Origin: Tubulanus polymorphus
Lineage: Eukaryota > Animalia > Nemertea
Length of the DNA: 64,000 bases
NCBI RefSeq assembly: GCF_964204645.1
Contig: NW_027437445.1
Location: 52,937-116,936, forward strand
Direction: 5' to 3'
This document shows positions 1 through 10,368 of the stretch, one piece after another. The notes below the pieces were generated by a model that searched no databases, was not told the origin of the DNA, and saw only the letters and a program-made list of their open reading frames with translations. The stretch's first letter is position 1. Every line of letters starts with the position of its first letter. The position numbers and the translations under genes were made by a program.

Positions 1-2
1 GA

Positions 3-1010
3 AGAATTTCAGAAATAATTTCTTATCAAAATAAATCTTATATTTCGTATGGTGAAAAAGAACTAATACAAATAAATGGATTAATGGATGTTTGGACAAA
101 AAATGGATGGGCGAAATTAAAGAATATAATTAGACATAAAACGAATAAGAAAATCTATAGAGTTAGAACTAAATTAGGATTTGTTGATGTTACTGAAGAT
201 CATAGTTTAATTAAACAAAATGGTGATGAAATAAAACCAACTGATATAAAAATTGGAGATGAATTATTACACAACAGATTTTACCCAAGAATGAATCATA
301 TGTCATTTGATGAAATAATTGATAATATTTATAATATAGAACCCGAAACATTAGAAGAAAAAAAATATTTTATCAAAGGATTTTTCATGGGCGATGGTTC
401 AGCAGGTGTGTATAATTATGTTAATCGCACTCAATATCGTTGGTATTTATGCAATCAAGACTTAAAATTATTAGAAAGAATTAAGAAATTCTGTGAAGAA
501 GTTTATCCAAATAAAACATTTAGAATCATGGATCATATGAAATCATCCGCGGTTTATAGAATATTTGTAAATAATCCTAAAGATTTTGCTACAAAATATA
601 ATGATGAATTCTATATTCATGCAATAGTGAAAAGTAATACTTCAACTAAAGAAAAGATAGTTCCAGATTATGTATTAAATGCAAAAAATAATTTAAGAAA
701 ATGGTTCTTCATTGGATTCTATGCAGCAGATGGTTCAAAAAGTTTCCAAAACCGCAAAACAATATCCTTTGCTCAAAAAGGAAAAGTTGCTATATCAGGA
801 TTGAATATATTATGTAGTTCATTAGGATTTAATATGAATATAGAATTAATTAAATCTAAACCAAATTGTTTTAATTTAAGGCATGTAGAAAAAGAATTAA
901 CAGAAGAAGTTAAAGATTTATTTGAAATATATAACCCAACTGACTATGTTTATGATTTATCAACAGATGATGGAACATTCAATTCTGGGTTCCCATTAAT
1001 CCAAAAAAAT
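3..1010 (+). mobile_element. Intein with dual-motif LAGLIDADG homing endonuclease in pPolB motif C (N-terminal splice site is upstream of the window)
   Basis: Hint block B VTEDH; LAGLIDADG motifs FIKGFFMGDGS and FFIGFYAADGS; block F YVYDLST; C-terminal ...IQKN (Asn codon 1008-1010) followed by Thr+1 of TDS (1011). Confidence 0.93.
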
Positions 1011-1466
1011 ACCGACAGTTACATACTAAAAATCAAGACAAATGACATAACAAAAGACTTAAAAACATTAAAACATTATTTTGATTTTAGCAATTACCCC
1101 AAAGATCATGAATTGTTTAGCAATGATAATAAAAAGATTCCTGGTAAGTTTAAAGATGAATTAGGAGGTGATGAAATGATTGAATTTGTTGGGATAAGAA
1201 GTAAAATGTATAGTTACAGAACAAAAGATCATGAAGCTAAAAAGTTAAAAGGAATAACAAAACATGTGGTTGATAAACATATAGAATTTCAAGATTATAT
1301 AAAGTGTTTATATAAATCAATTCTAATGAAACACAAAATGAATTGTTTTAGATCAGAAGATCATGAGATGTACATTAATGAAGTTGAAAAAACTAGTTTA
1401 AATCCATTTGATGATAAAAGGCATATTTTAGATGATGGTATAAAAACATTACCTTATGGCCATTAA
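3..1466 (+). CDS. polB: Protein-primed family B DNA polymerase (pPolB), C-terminal part, containing an intein; 5'-truncated by the window edge
   Basis: The frame is open from base 3 (RISEIISYQN...), so the ATG at 84 is internal. After the intein come TDS (motif C), FDFSNYP, GKFKDE, EFVGIRSKMYSY, KKLKGI and DDKRHILDDGIKTLPYGH*, a typical Polinton pPolB C-terminus. Confidence 0.95.
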   Translation, partial: RISEIISYQNKSYISYGEKELIQINGLMDVWTKNGWAKLKNIIRHKTNKKIYRVRTKLGFVDVTEDHSLIKQNGDEIKPTDIKIGDELLHNRFYPRMNHMSFDEIIDNIYNIEPETLEEKKYFIKGFFMGDGSAGVYNYVNRTQYRWYLCNQDLKLLERIKKFCEEVYPNKTFRIMDHMKSSAVYRIFVNNPKDFATKYNDEFYIHAIVKSNTSTKEKIVPDYVLNAKNNLRKWFFIGFYAADGSKSFQNRKTISFAQKGKVAISGLNILCSSLGFNMNIELIKSKPNCFNLRHVEKELTEEVKDLFEIYNPTDYVYDLSTDDGTFNSGFPLIQKNTDSYILKIKTNDITKDLKTLKHYFDFSNYPKDHELFSNDNKKIPGKFKDELGGDEMIEFVGIRSKMYSYRTKDHEAKKLKGITKHVVDKHIEFQDYIKCLYKSILMKHKMNCFRSEDHEMYINEVEKTSLNPFDDKRHILDDGIKTLPYGH

Positions 1467-2763
1467 AACATAAAATCAATATCATCATACTCGAAATCAC
1501 TATTGGCTTCTTCATTTTCATTTAATTGTTCAGGTTCTTCTTCCATTCCATTTTTCTCATTTAAATAAAGTTCTATCTTGTTCCACATTTCATCTCGCTC
1601 TCTTTGTTTCTTTTTGTTTGTTAATTCATCAAATGGAATTATAATATCTAGGTTTAAATAATTTACAATCTTATTTAAAAAGAATTCATAATTTATTGAA
1701 TCTGTTATTCTATTTTCCAAATGATACATTAATATTTGTTTGAATATTTTTTTTATATTTTTCATATCTTCTTCTGTTAATTTAGGTTTTTCATAATAAT
1801 CGTTAAATAATAAATATAAATACATTTTCTTTTGTTTTGTGTTAAATGTTGGTGGAATAATTGTTTTTATAATATCTTTTTTAGTTATTTCACCATTTTC
1901 ATTTTCTATTATTTTCATTTTTTCAAGCCATTGCATATATTCTGGTGTATGATCTTCTATAGAAAATATTTTAAAAATTTCATCAAGATAATTTAATTTT
2001 GGATCTATGAGAAAATCTCTAGTTTTTTCTTCACCTAATAAATTCTTTTGCCATCCACATTCATTACAAAATATCACAGGACCTTCTTGTCTTAAGTACT
2101 CATAAATACATTGTGGGCATTTTTTTCTATCATAGCTTGGTAATAGATCTTCATTAAGCTCTTGGTATTTTCTTACGTTTTCTTTATGTTTTATTGTTCT
2201 ATTATGTAGATTTGAATTACTTGTTGTAATAATCAATTTACAATATTTACAATAATATGTTTTTCTTGTTAATTCATTATATTGTTTTTCTAACTTTTCA
2301 ACTGTTTCTTCATTATCTGGTAACGTTTTCTCATATTTAAATTTTTCTAATAAATTATTTTTTCTTTCATTGAATTCAGTTTCAAATTTATTAGAAATTT
2401 TATCTATATGTACTTTACGAAATTGATGATTCTCCCAATCTTCTATATTTTCAGGGTTATATTTTATTCGACAAGGCTCACAGAAATGATCTTTTATATT
2501 ATCCTTATCATAGAATAAGAAAGGTCTTTTCCAAATAACTTCAGGTTCAACTTCAGCAGAATTACTATCAACATTAGCCGTTGCGCCATTAATTCTACAC
2601 TTCTCTGAATGTTTTTAACATAATTTCTTGAGAATAATTTATCACATTTTGGGCAGTTTATTTTAGGGGGTTTATAATTTTCATCATGTTTTTTCATATG
2701 TCGAGCCTTATTACTTTTTCTTAGAAGTTCACCACAAATTTCGCATGCTATCTTCTCATCCAT
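1463..2763 (-). pseudogene. Multi-zinc-finger protein fused to a VLTF3 (poxvirus A2-like late transcription factor)-like domain; one frameshift
   Basis: ORFs 2494-2763 and 1463-2236 join into one ~433-aa frame if one base is added to the T5 run at 2612-2616 (YVKK-HSEKC...). I translated the intervening frame by hand and found no stop. It contains CEIC..H..H, CPKC..H..C, CEPC..H..H and CKYC..H..H fingers, a CPQC/CNEC ribbon, and a C-terminal segment (IKKIFKQI..SINYEFFLNKIVNYL..RDEMWNKI) resembling the VLTF3 pattern. The join is well supported; the VLTF3 call is by eye. Confidence 0.7.
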
Positions 2764-2831
2764 TTATTAAGGAAAAATTTTATTAAAATTAATTTTTAGT
2801 GATGAGCGGTAATTTTTTTATGTTATAAATA

Positions 2832-3590
2832 ATGGTAGAATTAAAAGAATACAGAATATTTGTTGATTCTAGAAAACTTACAAATTATAAATCTCATAAT
2901 TTATTAGTACAATTAGATAGAGAATTTAAGAATTGCGTTGATTTAAAATTAGTAAATATAAGTTTATGTAATTCTTTTTATAATATATCGGATAAAACTT
3001 TCGAACATAGAGGTTTTGCAATTCATATGAAAAATAAAAATAAATGGTTTTATCTAATGTTAAAACCAGGGTTATATAATTTAGAAACATTAGCCCAAGA
3101 AATTAATCGGAGAGCACGATTAAAACTTGGAAGTGAATATAAATTTTCAATTAGATTTATAAAAAGTGATAGTTCTGATAAAATTAAAATAAAGTTAGAT
3201 GATGAAAGCAAACATGCATTTATGGTAAGGAAACCTTTAGCTAAAATGTTAGGAATTAAACCACAAATTGTTACAGGAAACGTAGACGGTAATTCAAATA
3301 TAATACCTTTTACACATTTTTATATTTATTGCAATTTAATCGATCCTACAAAAACATTTGAAGCAACTAAAGATACAACATGTAATTCTGGTTTACTAAA
3401 CATTTTACCATTGAAGAATGTTAAACAATTTGGAACGCAAATAAATTATAATTTAACAGAATGTGATTTCAAACCATGCATTCCTCGTTTTAATAATTTT
3501 AGATTAGAAATTAGAAATCATACTGGATACTTAATTGATTTAAATAATTTCCCTGTAATTTATGAATTAGTTATAAGATGTAAAGAGTAA
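2832..3590 (+). CDS. Minor capsid protein (penton, single jelly-roll)
   Basis: 252 aa, beta-rich. IFVDSR, NSFYNI, PGLYNLETL, LAKMLG, FYIYCNLI and C-terminal LEIRNHTGYLIDLNN match the Polinton/virophage penton pattern. Confidence 0.8.
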   Translation: MVELKEYRIFVDSRKLTNYKSHNLLVQLDREFKNCVDLKLVNISLCNSFYNISDKTFEHRGFAIHMKNKNKWFYLMLKPGLYNLETLAQEINRRARLKLGSEYKFSIRFIKSDSSDKIKIKLDDESKHAFMVRKPLAKMLGIKPQIVTGNVDGNSNIIPFTHFYIYCNLIDPTKTFEATKDTTCNSGLLNILPLKNVKQFGTQINYNLTECDFKPCIPRFNNFRLEIRNHTGYLIDLNNFPVIYELVIRCKE

Positions 3591-3606
3591 TTTTTTCATT
3601 ATATAA

Positions 3607-3948
3607 ATGAATATAACTGTTGGACCGAGTATATGTTTTGGGTTTGATTTTAAACATGGTAAAGAAATGAGAATTAAACTAAATGATGTAATTACTGATG
3701 TAAAAAGTAGATCATTTAACAATGCATCAATGATTGATAAAGAAAATTATAATATAGAAAAAGTAATTGATTTAATTAAATCACCTTTAGAATATTATGA
3801 ATTAAATGAAGATGGAATTATTGATGATATTAAAAACATATTATCCAAAATATATGATAATCATAAAACTAGTAATGAAATAAATGTTGAAATAATCATC
3901 ACTAAGATAACTAAATATTTTGATGATAGTAATTTTTTTGATAAATAA
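3607..3948 (+). CDS. Hypothetical protein (113 aa)
   Basis: ORF with a TATAAATG start; it abuts the next gene. No motif recognised. Confidence 0.7.
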   Translation: MNITVGPSICFGFDFKHGKEMRIKLNDVITDVKSRSFNNASMIDKENYNIEKVIDLIKSPLEYYELNEDGIIDDIKNILSKIYDNHKTSNEINVEIIITKITKYFDDSNFFDK

Positions 3949-4170
3949 ATGAGTGATAATAAGTGGATAATAAGTGGATTATATAATGGCGCATTACTAT
4001 CAGTTGGAACGGTTGGTTATTCAATGGTATTAAAAAAAGTATTCAAAATGGGAAGTGTTAATGTTGATAGATTTGATATCAATGATATTTTAAAGTTAAC
4101 ATTAGCAGTTACTTTATCTAATTTAACTATTGATTATTTGGAAAAACAAAAATATATTCCTCCCATATAA
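3949..4170 (+). CDS. Small hydrophobic/membrane protein (73 aa)
   Basis: TAAATG start; two hydrophobic stretches (GALLSVGTVGYSMVL; ILKLTLAVTLSNLTI). Confidence 0.75.
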   Translation: MSDNKWIISGLYNGALLSVGTVGYSMVLKKVFKMGSVNVDRFDINDILKLTLAVTLSNLTIDYLEKQKYIPPI

Positions 4171-4197
4171 GAAGTGTGTAATTTTTTTGCTAAATAA

Positions 4198-4620
4198 ATG
4201 GCTTCTGCAATTATAACTATTATAGGATCGGCAATTGTTAACGCTTTAGCATTTACTGGTGGTGGTTATTTATTTAAACATATTGATAAAAATAGTTCAT
4301 TAGGAGAACAAAGAAGACATAACTTAGCGTTAGAGAAATACAATAAAGCTGCAGAAGAATATAGAGAAAAGAGACAAAACTATATGGATTACATCAATAA
4401 AGAATTATATGATCAGAAGATTTCACACAGAGATTTTCAATCAGTTGATGATGCAATGAGTTTATATAACGCGGTAACCAATAAAGAAAAATTACATCTA
4501 TACAAACCCAAATTATCAGATTATTATACCCCAAGTAAAGAACAACAGAAATATGAAATAATATGGATTTTAGGTGGAACAGTTATTGTTATATTTGTTG
4601 CTTATAAGTTTACTAATTAG
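4198..4620 (+). CDS. Membrane protein (140 aa) with N- and C-terminal hydrophobic helices
   Basis: TAAATG start; N-terminal hydrophobic helix, central helical segment, C-terminal IIWILGGTVIVIFVAY. Confidence 0.8.
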   Translation: MASAIITIIGSAIVNALAFTGGGYLFKHIDKNSSLGEQRRHNLALEKYNKAAEEYREKRQNYMDYINKELYDQKISHRDFQSVDDAMSLYNAVTNKEKLHLYKPKLSDYYTPSKEQQKYEIIWILGGTVIVIFVAYKFTN

Positions 4621-4639
4621 TAATTTTTATTCTAAATAA

Positions 4640-5074
4640 ATGGAAGATAAAGTTGATAGTATTGATATTATTCCTCATGATATAAATAAAACTAAATTAA
4701 AAATATATTTAGAAAAACAAATATTAGAATTTGAAAGTGACTTAAAGATAAAAAAGAAAAAATATTTAAAAAGTAAAATTATATATTATTTGATTATAAG
4801 TGGTTCGGTTACAATTAGTTCTGTAATAACATTTTTAGCAATATTCAGCCCATTAACACCTTTAGCTATATCAATTGGTGTATTAGGATTAAGTTCAAGT
4901 GTTTTAACTGGTATAAGTTCAAAATTAAATATAAAAAGTAATAAAGAAAAAATTAAAACTAATATAAAAGAAATTAATAAATTAAAGAACACACTAGATT
5001 ATATAATAAGTTTAAATGGCCATATAACAGTTGAAGAACAAGATAAATTATTAAAAGAATTAATAAATTATTAA
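4640..5074 (+). CDS. Two-TM membrane protein (144 aa)
   Basis: TAAATG start; hydrophobic hairpin IIYYLIISG...LAIF / LAISIGVLGLSSSVL flanked by charged helices. Confidence 0.8.
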   Translation: MEDKVDSIDIIPHDINKTKLKIYLEKQILEFESDLKIKKKKYLKSKIIYYLIISGSVTISSVITFLAIFSPLTPLAISIGVLGLSSSVLTGISSKLNIKSNKEKIKTNIKEINKLKNTLDYIISLNGHITVEEQDKLLKELINY

Positions 5075-5090
5075 TTTTTTAATTATATAA

Positions 5091-6477
5091 ATGGTAGATA
5101 GTTTTCCAAAAGCTTTCCGATATAATAAATCAATTAAATATAATATTCCAGCAATAGATTTTAATAAAGATATTACATATAGAAATGAAGTTTTAGATTC
5201 ATTAACTAATTTAGAAATTTATGTTACTGAAACTAATAATTTTAATGCAAAGATGGAAAATATATTTCATGTATATTTAATTAATTTTAAAAAATTGAAA
5301 GATGAAAAACAATGGTTATTAAAATCTAATATGAAGTATTGGCAGAACCAATTAAATTTTGCTGTTTATTGTGCAACAACAGGATGTGGAATTAGTTGGA
5401 ATGATCATTTAAATAATTCTAAATATAAATTAATTCAAAGTTTATTTAGATTTCATACATACTTTCAAATCAGAATAATATTAAATGAATTAGAGTACGC
5501 TTTACCAGGATCTAGGTATTTCAAAGAATTAGATAATAATATTAATTTATCTAAGTTTTATAAGATTTGCAATGAATTTAATATAGATATAAATAATTCT
5601 GATTTTAGAACAAAAATTGGAACAATAAGATCACTTCCATGCCCTAGAAAGATTGCAGAATATTGTGCACTTCCCATACCATCTAATACTTTTTATAATA
5701 TCTATAATAATAAATTAGGTTATGGTAAAATAGAAACAAAGGATTTAGAAACATTAAATTTCAATAAATTACCAAAATTTTATGATAATTTAAAACAAGA
5801 AAACAATAATGGTTGGGTTTATTTTATTTTAGAAAATAGTGAAGGTTTTACTAAATCAGGTATAGAAAGAATAAATCAATCTATTAGAATTTATTTGATT
5901 TGTATTCTAGGTGCGCAAGTTGAAACAAGATCACCGATAACTGGAAATTTGAATACATCATTCGATACACAAAAACAATTTAAAGTATTATTTGAAGATT
6001 CCATACATGATGATAAAAATAGATCGATTCCAGAAAACATTATAAGATATCAAAATTATTTAGATAAATCTCATGTAAGACTTAATTATTGTATAGGCCC
6101 TAATCTATTAATTATTTCTAATGATTTAGTATTGAAGATGGGAAATATAATTGGTTATAATAATCTAATTAAAACTGCAACAATAAATAATTCATTCGGG
6201 TTAAATAATATAAATAAAAAGATTATTACTGCTCCAAAATTAATGGAAGGTGAAAAAAATAAAAAAACATATTCAATCAACAGAAACTAAAACTAAGAAT
6301 ATTAAATTAAATAATGATTCTAAAATAAAAGATTACAATACATCAGAAAATAATAGAACTGATATTATTCAACATGATATAATTAAACTAAATGATGATA
6401 ATAAATCCCATGAAAATACTAAATTAGCTAAATTAACTTGTATAGGAATTGTTATAGGAGGAATATTATATTTTTAA
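5091..6477 (+). pseudogene. Element protein of unknown function with probable C-terminal TM anchor; one frameshift near 6252-6267
   Basis: The 399-aa ORF 5091-6290 and ORF 6250-6477 join if one A is removed from the A7 run at 6253-6259 (or the adjacent A run). The result ends in HENTKLAKLTCIGIVIGGILYF*. The second ORF has no ATG/TAAATG start of its own. Confidence 0.65.
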
Positions 6478-6499
6478 TTTTAATTTTTTTATTATATAA

Positions 6500-7942
6500 A
6501 TGGATGTAGAAGGTGGAGAAGATATTGGAATGGATCCTTTTGATGAACCTAACATAACTGATGAACAACCACCTGATTTTGATGAAACAAGTTTTAATGA
6601 TGGTAATGAACCAGAATATAACAATAATTTAAATATGCCTGATTATATTAAAAATGCTGAATCACAATTAAATCCTGAAAATTTAGACCCAGATTTAGTA
6701 AAACAAGATTTAGATAATTTAAACAAAATACCTAAATTAGAAGATTTAATTGAAAAATCTAATTTTAACATAAATGATGAAGACGTTGCACTTTTAGCAG
6801 ATCAATTAAAATTTTTAGATAATGGTAAATGTAATTATCGTTTGAAAGGTGATTATTATATTGATATCACTTATAAAAATAATAAAAATAAAATATTATC
6901 AGAATCAACTTTAGAAAAATTAAAACCAGATAGAATTAAAATAAAAAGTAATAGTAATGAAATAACTGATGTTACACAAAAAGAAATAGATGATAATATA
7001 GATGTATTTAAACAAAGAATTAATGAATTATTTGAAATAATCAAAAAGAAATCAGAAACAGAAACAACTTCTGAACAGAATATAACTTCCAAAAATAGTA
7101 AACTTAGATCAAATAAAGTTCCAATTGAAAAACTTTTACCGAATGGATTACTTGATGCAACAGATCAAGAATTAGAAGATTTAGATATATTTTCTGATAA
7201 AGCAATTAGAGAAATTATTAGTATAAGACTTGCATCTGATAAAATTGCACATAATAAAAGTATAAGAGATTTTAAAATTAGAACTTTAGAAAAAGAATTA
7301 ACTGATAAAAATAAAGAAATAGAACAATTAAAGTCTGATTTAGATCATCAAGTAATTGATGAAATAGAATATAGGCAAAAAGAATTACGTTTAGAAAAAG
7401 AAATTAGTAATTTAAAAGATAATTTAGAAGTACAGAAAGAAGAAATTAAATTATTATTAAAATCATATGATTATAATATTAATAGATTAAAAGTTATTTT
7501 TAAAGATTTGTTGATTAAACCAAATTCTGAAATATCATTAAAAGACAGGATGAAGTTATTATTTAAATTAGAAGGAATAACAATTCTTTCAATTCTAACA
7601 GCTGTAACTATGTTATTTACAACAATTGGTTTAGCTATATCAAATGCTTTAAAATCTACTCCTCCTACTCCCACTCCCAATAAACCAGATAAACCTCCAG
7701 GCAATAATTCTATACAAGATAAAGTTAAAGATGGTTTAAAGAAATTAGCAAAATATTTATGGGAACTATCTAAAAAATCTGCTGCAGCATTGCCAGGAGT
7801 TATTGCATCAATTGTTGGTTTTATATTGAAATCTGCTGGGAATATTCTTAACTTTGCTGCCGAACATATTATTTTATTTTTAATTACAGTTGTAAGTGCT
7901 ATTATTTTTGGTTTAGTAAATATGATATCAAAAAATAAATAA
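6500..7942 (+). CDS. Coiled-coil membrane protein (480 aa)
   Basis: TATAAATG start; acidic N-terminus, long heptad region, TM helix (ITILSILTAVTMLFTTIGLAI), Pro-rich linker, further amphipathic/TM helices. Confidence 0.85.
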   Translation: MDVEGGEDIGMDPFDEPNITDEQPPDFDETSFNDGNEPEYNNNLNMPDYIKNAESQLNPENLDPDLVKQDLDNLNKIPKLEDLIEKSNFNINDEDVALLADQLKFLDNGKCNYRLKGDYYIDITYKNNKNKILSESTLEKLKPDRIKIKSNSNEITDVTQKEIDDNIDVFKQRINELFEIIKKKSETETTSEQNITSKNSKLRSNKVPIEKLLPNGLLDATDQELEDLDIFSDKAIREIISIRLASDKIAHNKSIRDFKIRTLEKELTDKNKEIEQLKSDLDHQVIDEIEYRQKELRLEKEISNLKDNLEVQKEEIKLLLKSYDYNINRLKVIFKDLLIKPNSEISLKDRMKLLFKLEGITILSILTAVTMLFTTIGLAISNALKSTPPTPTPNKPDKPPGNNSIQDKVKDGLKKLAKYLWELSKKSAAALPGVIASIVGFILKSAGNILNFAAEHIILFLITVVSAIIFGLVNMISKNK

Positions 7943-7962
7943 TTAATTTTTTTGTTTAATAA

Positions 7963-9210
7963 ATGAGTGGGAGTTATATAAGTCCTTCTAAGATTTCTAG
8001 AATATCTAATGCTATTAAAGCAGAAAGATCACATCATATAATTACTCATAACCCTTCAAATATTAATCCCGATGAAACTTTATATGTTAGAATTCCTAGA
8101 TTAACACAAAATACTTTTTATGTTCCAAACAGTATTTATTTATCAGCTGATATAAAAGTAATCGGTAATAATAATAATTATGTTGTTGATAATGTTGGAA
8201 GATATTTGATTAAAAAATTAACAATAAAGATTGGTCCGGAAACAGTTTTCTCATTAGATGATTATAATTTATTTTCACATTATAAAGATTTATGGTTAAC
8301 TAAAGAAAATAGAAATAATATGATATTTCAAGGAATTCAATCAGAAAACCAAAATAAATTAAGATCAGAAGCGCATAATGCAATATTAACTAATGATGTA
8401 GATAAATTGATAAAAAGTATATATGGAAGCAAATATAAAATTCCATTAGACTTTGAATTGATAGATAATAATGCACCTTTATATAAATACGCAATTCAAG
8501 AAGATATTATATTTGAGATAACATTTGCTCCTGTAAATTAAATTGTATTATCTAGCGTTGTTAAAGATATGAGTTATAAATTATCGAATATATGTTTAGA
8601 ATATAACACAATAACTAATGAAAATATTGCTAGCACAATTCAAACTCAATACAATCAAGGATTTTCATTATTATATGATTATATTGATAAATTTAAAACT
8701 GTAACTATTAATGCAAATGATGAAATTATTAATGAGAATATTAACTTTCCTAGAAGATCTATTAAAGGTATATTAATATTTTTTACCATTGGAACGTATA
8801 CTAATGGCGCAATAAAGGTAGATAATTATTATAATCCTGAAATAACAAAAGTAGAAATAACTATCGAAGGAATAGCAAATAAAATATTTTGTCAAGGAAT
8901 GAGAATGATAGATCAATGGGTAGAAATTAAAAAACATTTTATGAATGAAAAATTAAAATCATTTGAAAATTGTAATATTAATCAAATTGACTATTATACC
9001 GGTAATAAATTTGCATTATGGGTAGATTTTAGAACAACTGAAGATAACTTATTACATGGTTCTGGGAAAAAATTACAAAATACAAAAGACGGAATACAAT
9101 TATTTATGAAAAAGAAAAAAGGAAGTTTAAATTTCAAAATGCACATTTATATTATATCTGACGCACAATTAAATATTGTAAATTCACAATTAGATAGTAT
9201 TCAATATTAG
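7963..9210 (+). pseudogene. Major capsid protein (double jelly-roll) with one in-frame TAA at 8539-8541
   Basis: ORFs 7963-8541 and 8569-9210 are in the same frame (offset 606) and are separated only by one TAA, giving 415 codons in total. Beta-rich; NPSNINPDETLYVRIP, LSNICLEY, FALWVDFRT, LHGSG and YIISDAQLNI resemble Polinton MCPs. Lies next to the integrase and ATPase. Confidence 0.8.
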
Positions 9211-9240
9211 AAATATAAAGTTAAAATTAAGGATATATAA

Positions 9241-10368
9241 ATGAGTGGTAAAAAAACTCCTAATACTAAAGAACAATATTTAAGAAATTTATATTACAAC
9301 CCTGAGAGTTCGGTTGCTTATTCTTCTACTAAAAATATATGGCGTAAAGTAAAACAAGATAAATTAGATAAGATAATCCCACAAAATTTAGTTAAATATA
9401 AAGATATAAATGAATTTATGTTAGAACAACCAACATATACAACATATAAAAAAATTGTTAGAAAATATAAAACTCGTAAAACTATGGTAAGTTATGTAGA
9501 TCAACAGTGGCAAGGAGATTTAATTGATATGAAAAATGTTAAGAAAGATAATGATGATTATTGGTGGTTATTGAATATAATTGATATTTTTAGTCGTTAT
9601 GTATGGAGTTTCCCACTTTATAGAAAAGATGCTGTACAAACATCAAATGTTTTAAGAAAATTTCTTTCGGATGATAAACTAAAACCAGAAAAAATACAAT
9701 TTGATGATGGAAAAGAATTTGATAATTCACTTGTTCATGAACTCTTAGATAATCATAATATTAAATATTTTTCAACAAAATCAGATAAAAAAGCAGCAGT
9801 TGTTGAACGATTTAATAGAACATTAAGAACAAGAATGTGGAAATATTTTACAGCAAATAATACTTTTAAATGGATTGATGTTTTACCAAAATTGATAGAA
9901 GGATATAATAATTCTTATCATTCTTCTATTGGAATGAAACCTATTGATGCTAGAAAATCTGAAAATGCTGAAATTGTTTGGAATAATTTATATGGAGCAT
10001 TTCTTATAGATGATTTTGGTGAACCTAAATTTAAAGTTGGTCAAAATGTTAGAATTTCTAAGTATAAAAAGATATTTGACAAAGGATACGATCGAAATTT
10101 TACTAGAGAAATATATAAAATAAAAAAGGTAATAACAACAAAACCATATGTCTATAAATTAGAAGATTTAGATGGTGAAGAAGTTGATGGTTACTTTTAC
10201 GAAGAAGAATTAAGTTTAACTACTGAAAATCTAGAACAAGAATATAAAATTGAAAAAGTATTAAAAACAAAAACTATTAAAAGAAAAAAATATTCTTTAG
10301 TAAAATGGGTTGGATGGCCAAATAAATTCAATGAATGGATATTATCAAGTAAAATTAAAAATATATGA
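9241..10368 (+). CDS. int: Retroviral-like (RVE) DDE integrase with C-terminal chromodomain
   Basis: Catalytic triad WQGDLIDM / IQFDDGKEF / VVERFNRTL; YNNSYHSSIGMKP; chromodomain EYKIEKVL...LVKWVGWPNKFNEWI. The frame is intact. Confidence 0.96.
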   Translation: MSGKKTPNTKEQYLRNLYYNPESSVAYSSTKNIWRKVKQDKLDKIIPQNLVKYKDINEFMLEQPTYTTYKKIVRKYKTRKTMVSYVDQQWQGDLIDMKNVKKDNDDYWWLLNIIDIFSRYVWSFPLYRKDAVQTSNVLRKFLSDDKLKPEKIQFDDGKEFDNSLVHELLDNHNIKYFSTKSDKKAAVVERFNRTLRTRMWKYFTANNTFKWIDVLPKLIEGYNNSYHSSIGMKPIDARKSENAEIVWNNLYGAFLIDDFGEPKFKVGQNVRISKYKKIFDKGYDRNFTREIYKIKKVITTKPYVYKLEDLDGEEVDGYFYEEELSLTTENLEQEYKIEKVLKTKTIKRKKYSLVKWVGWPNKFNEWILSSKIKNI

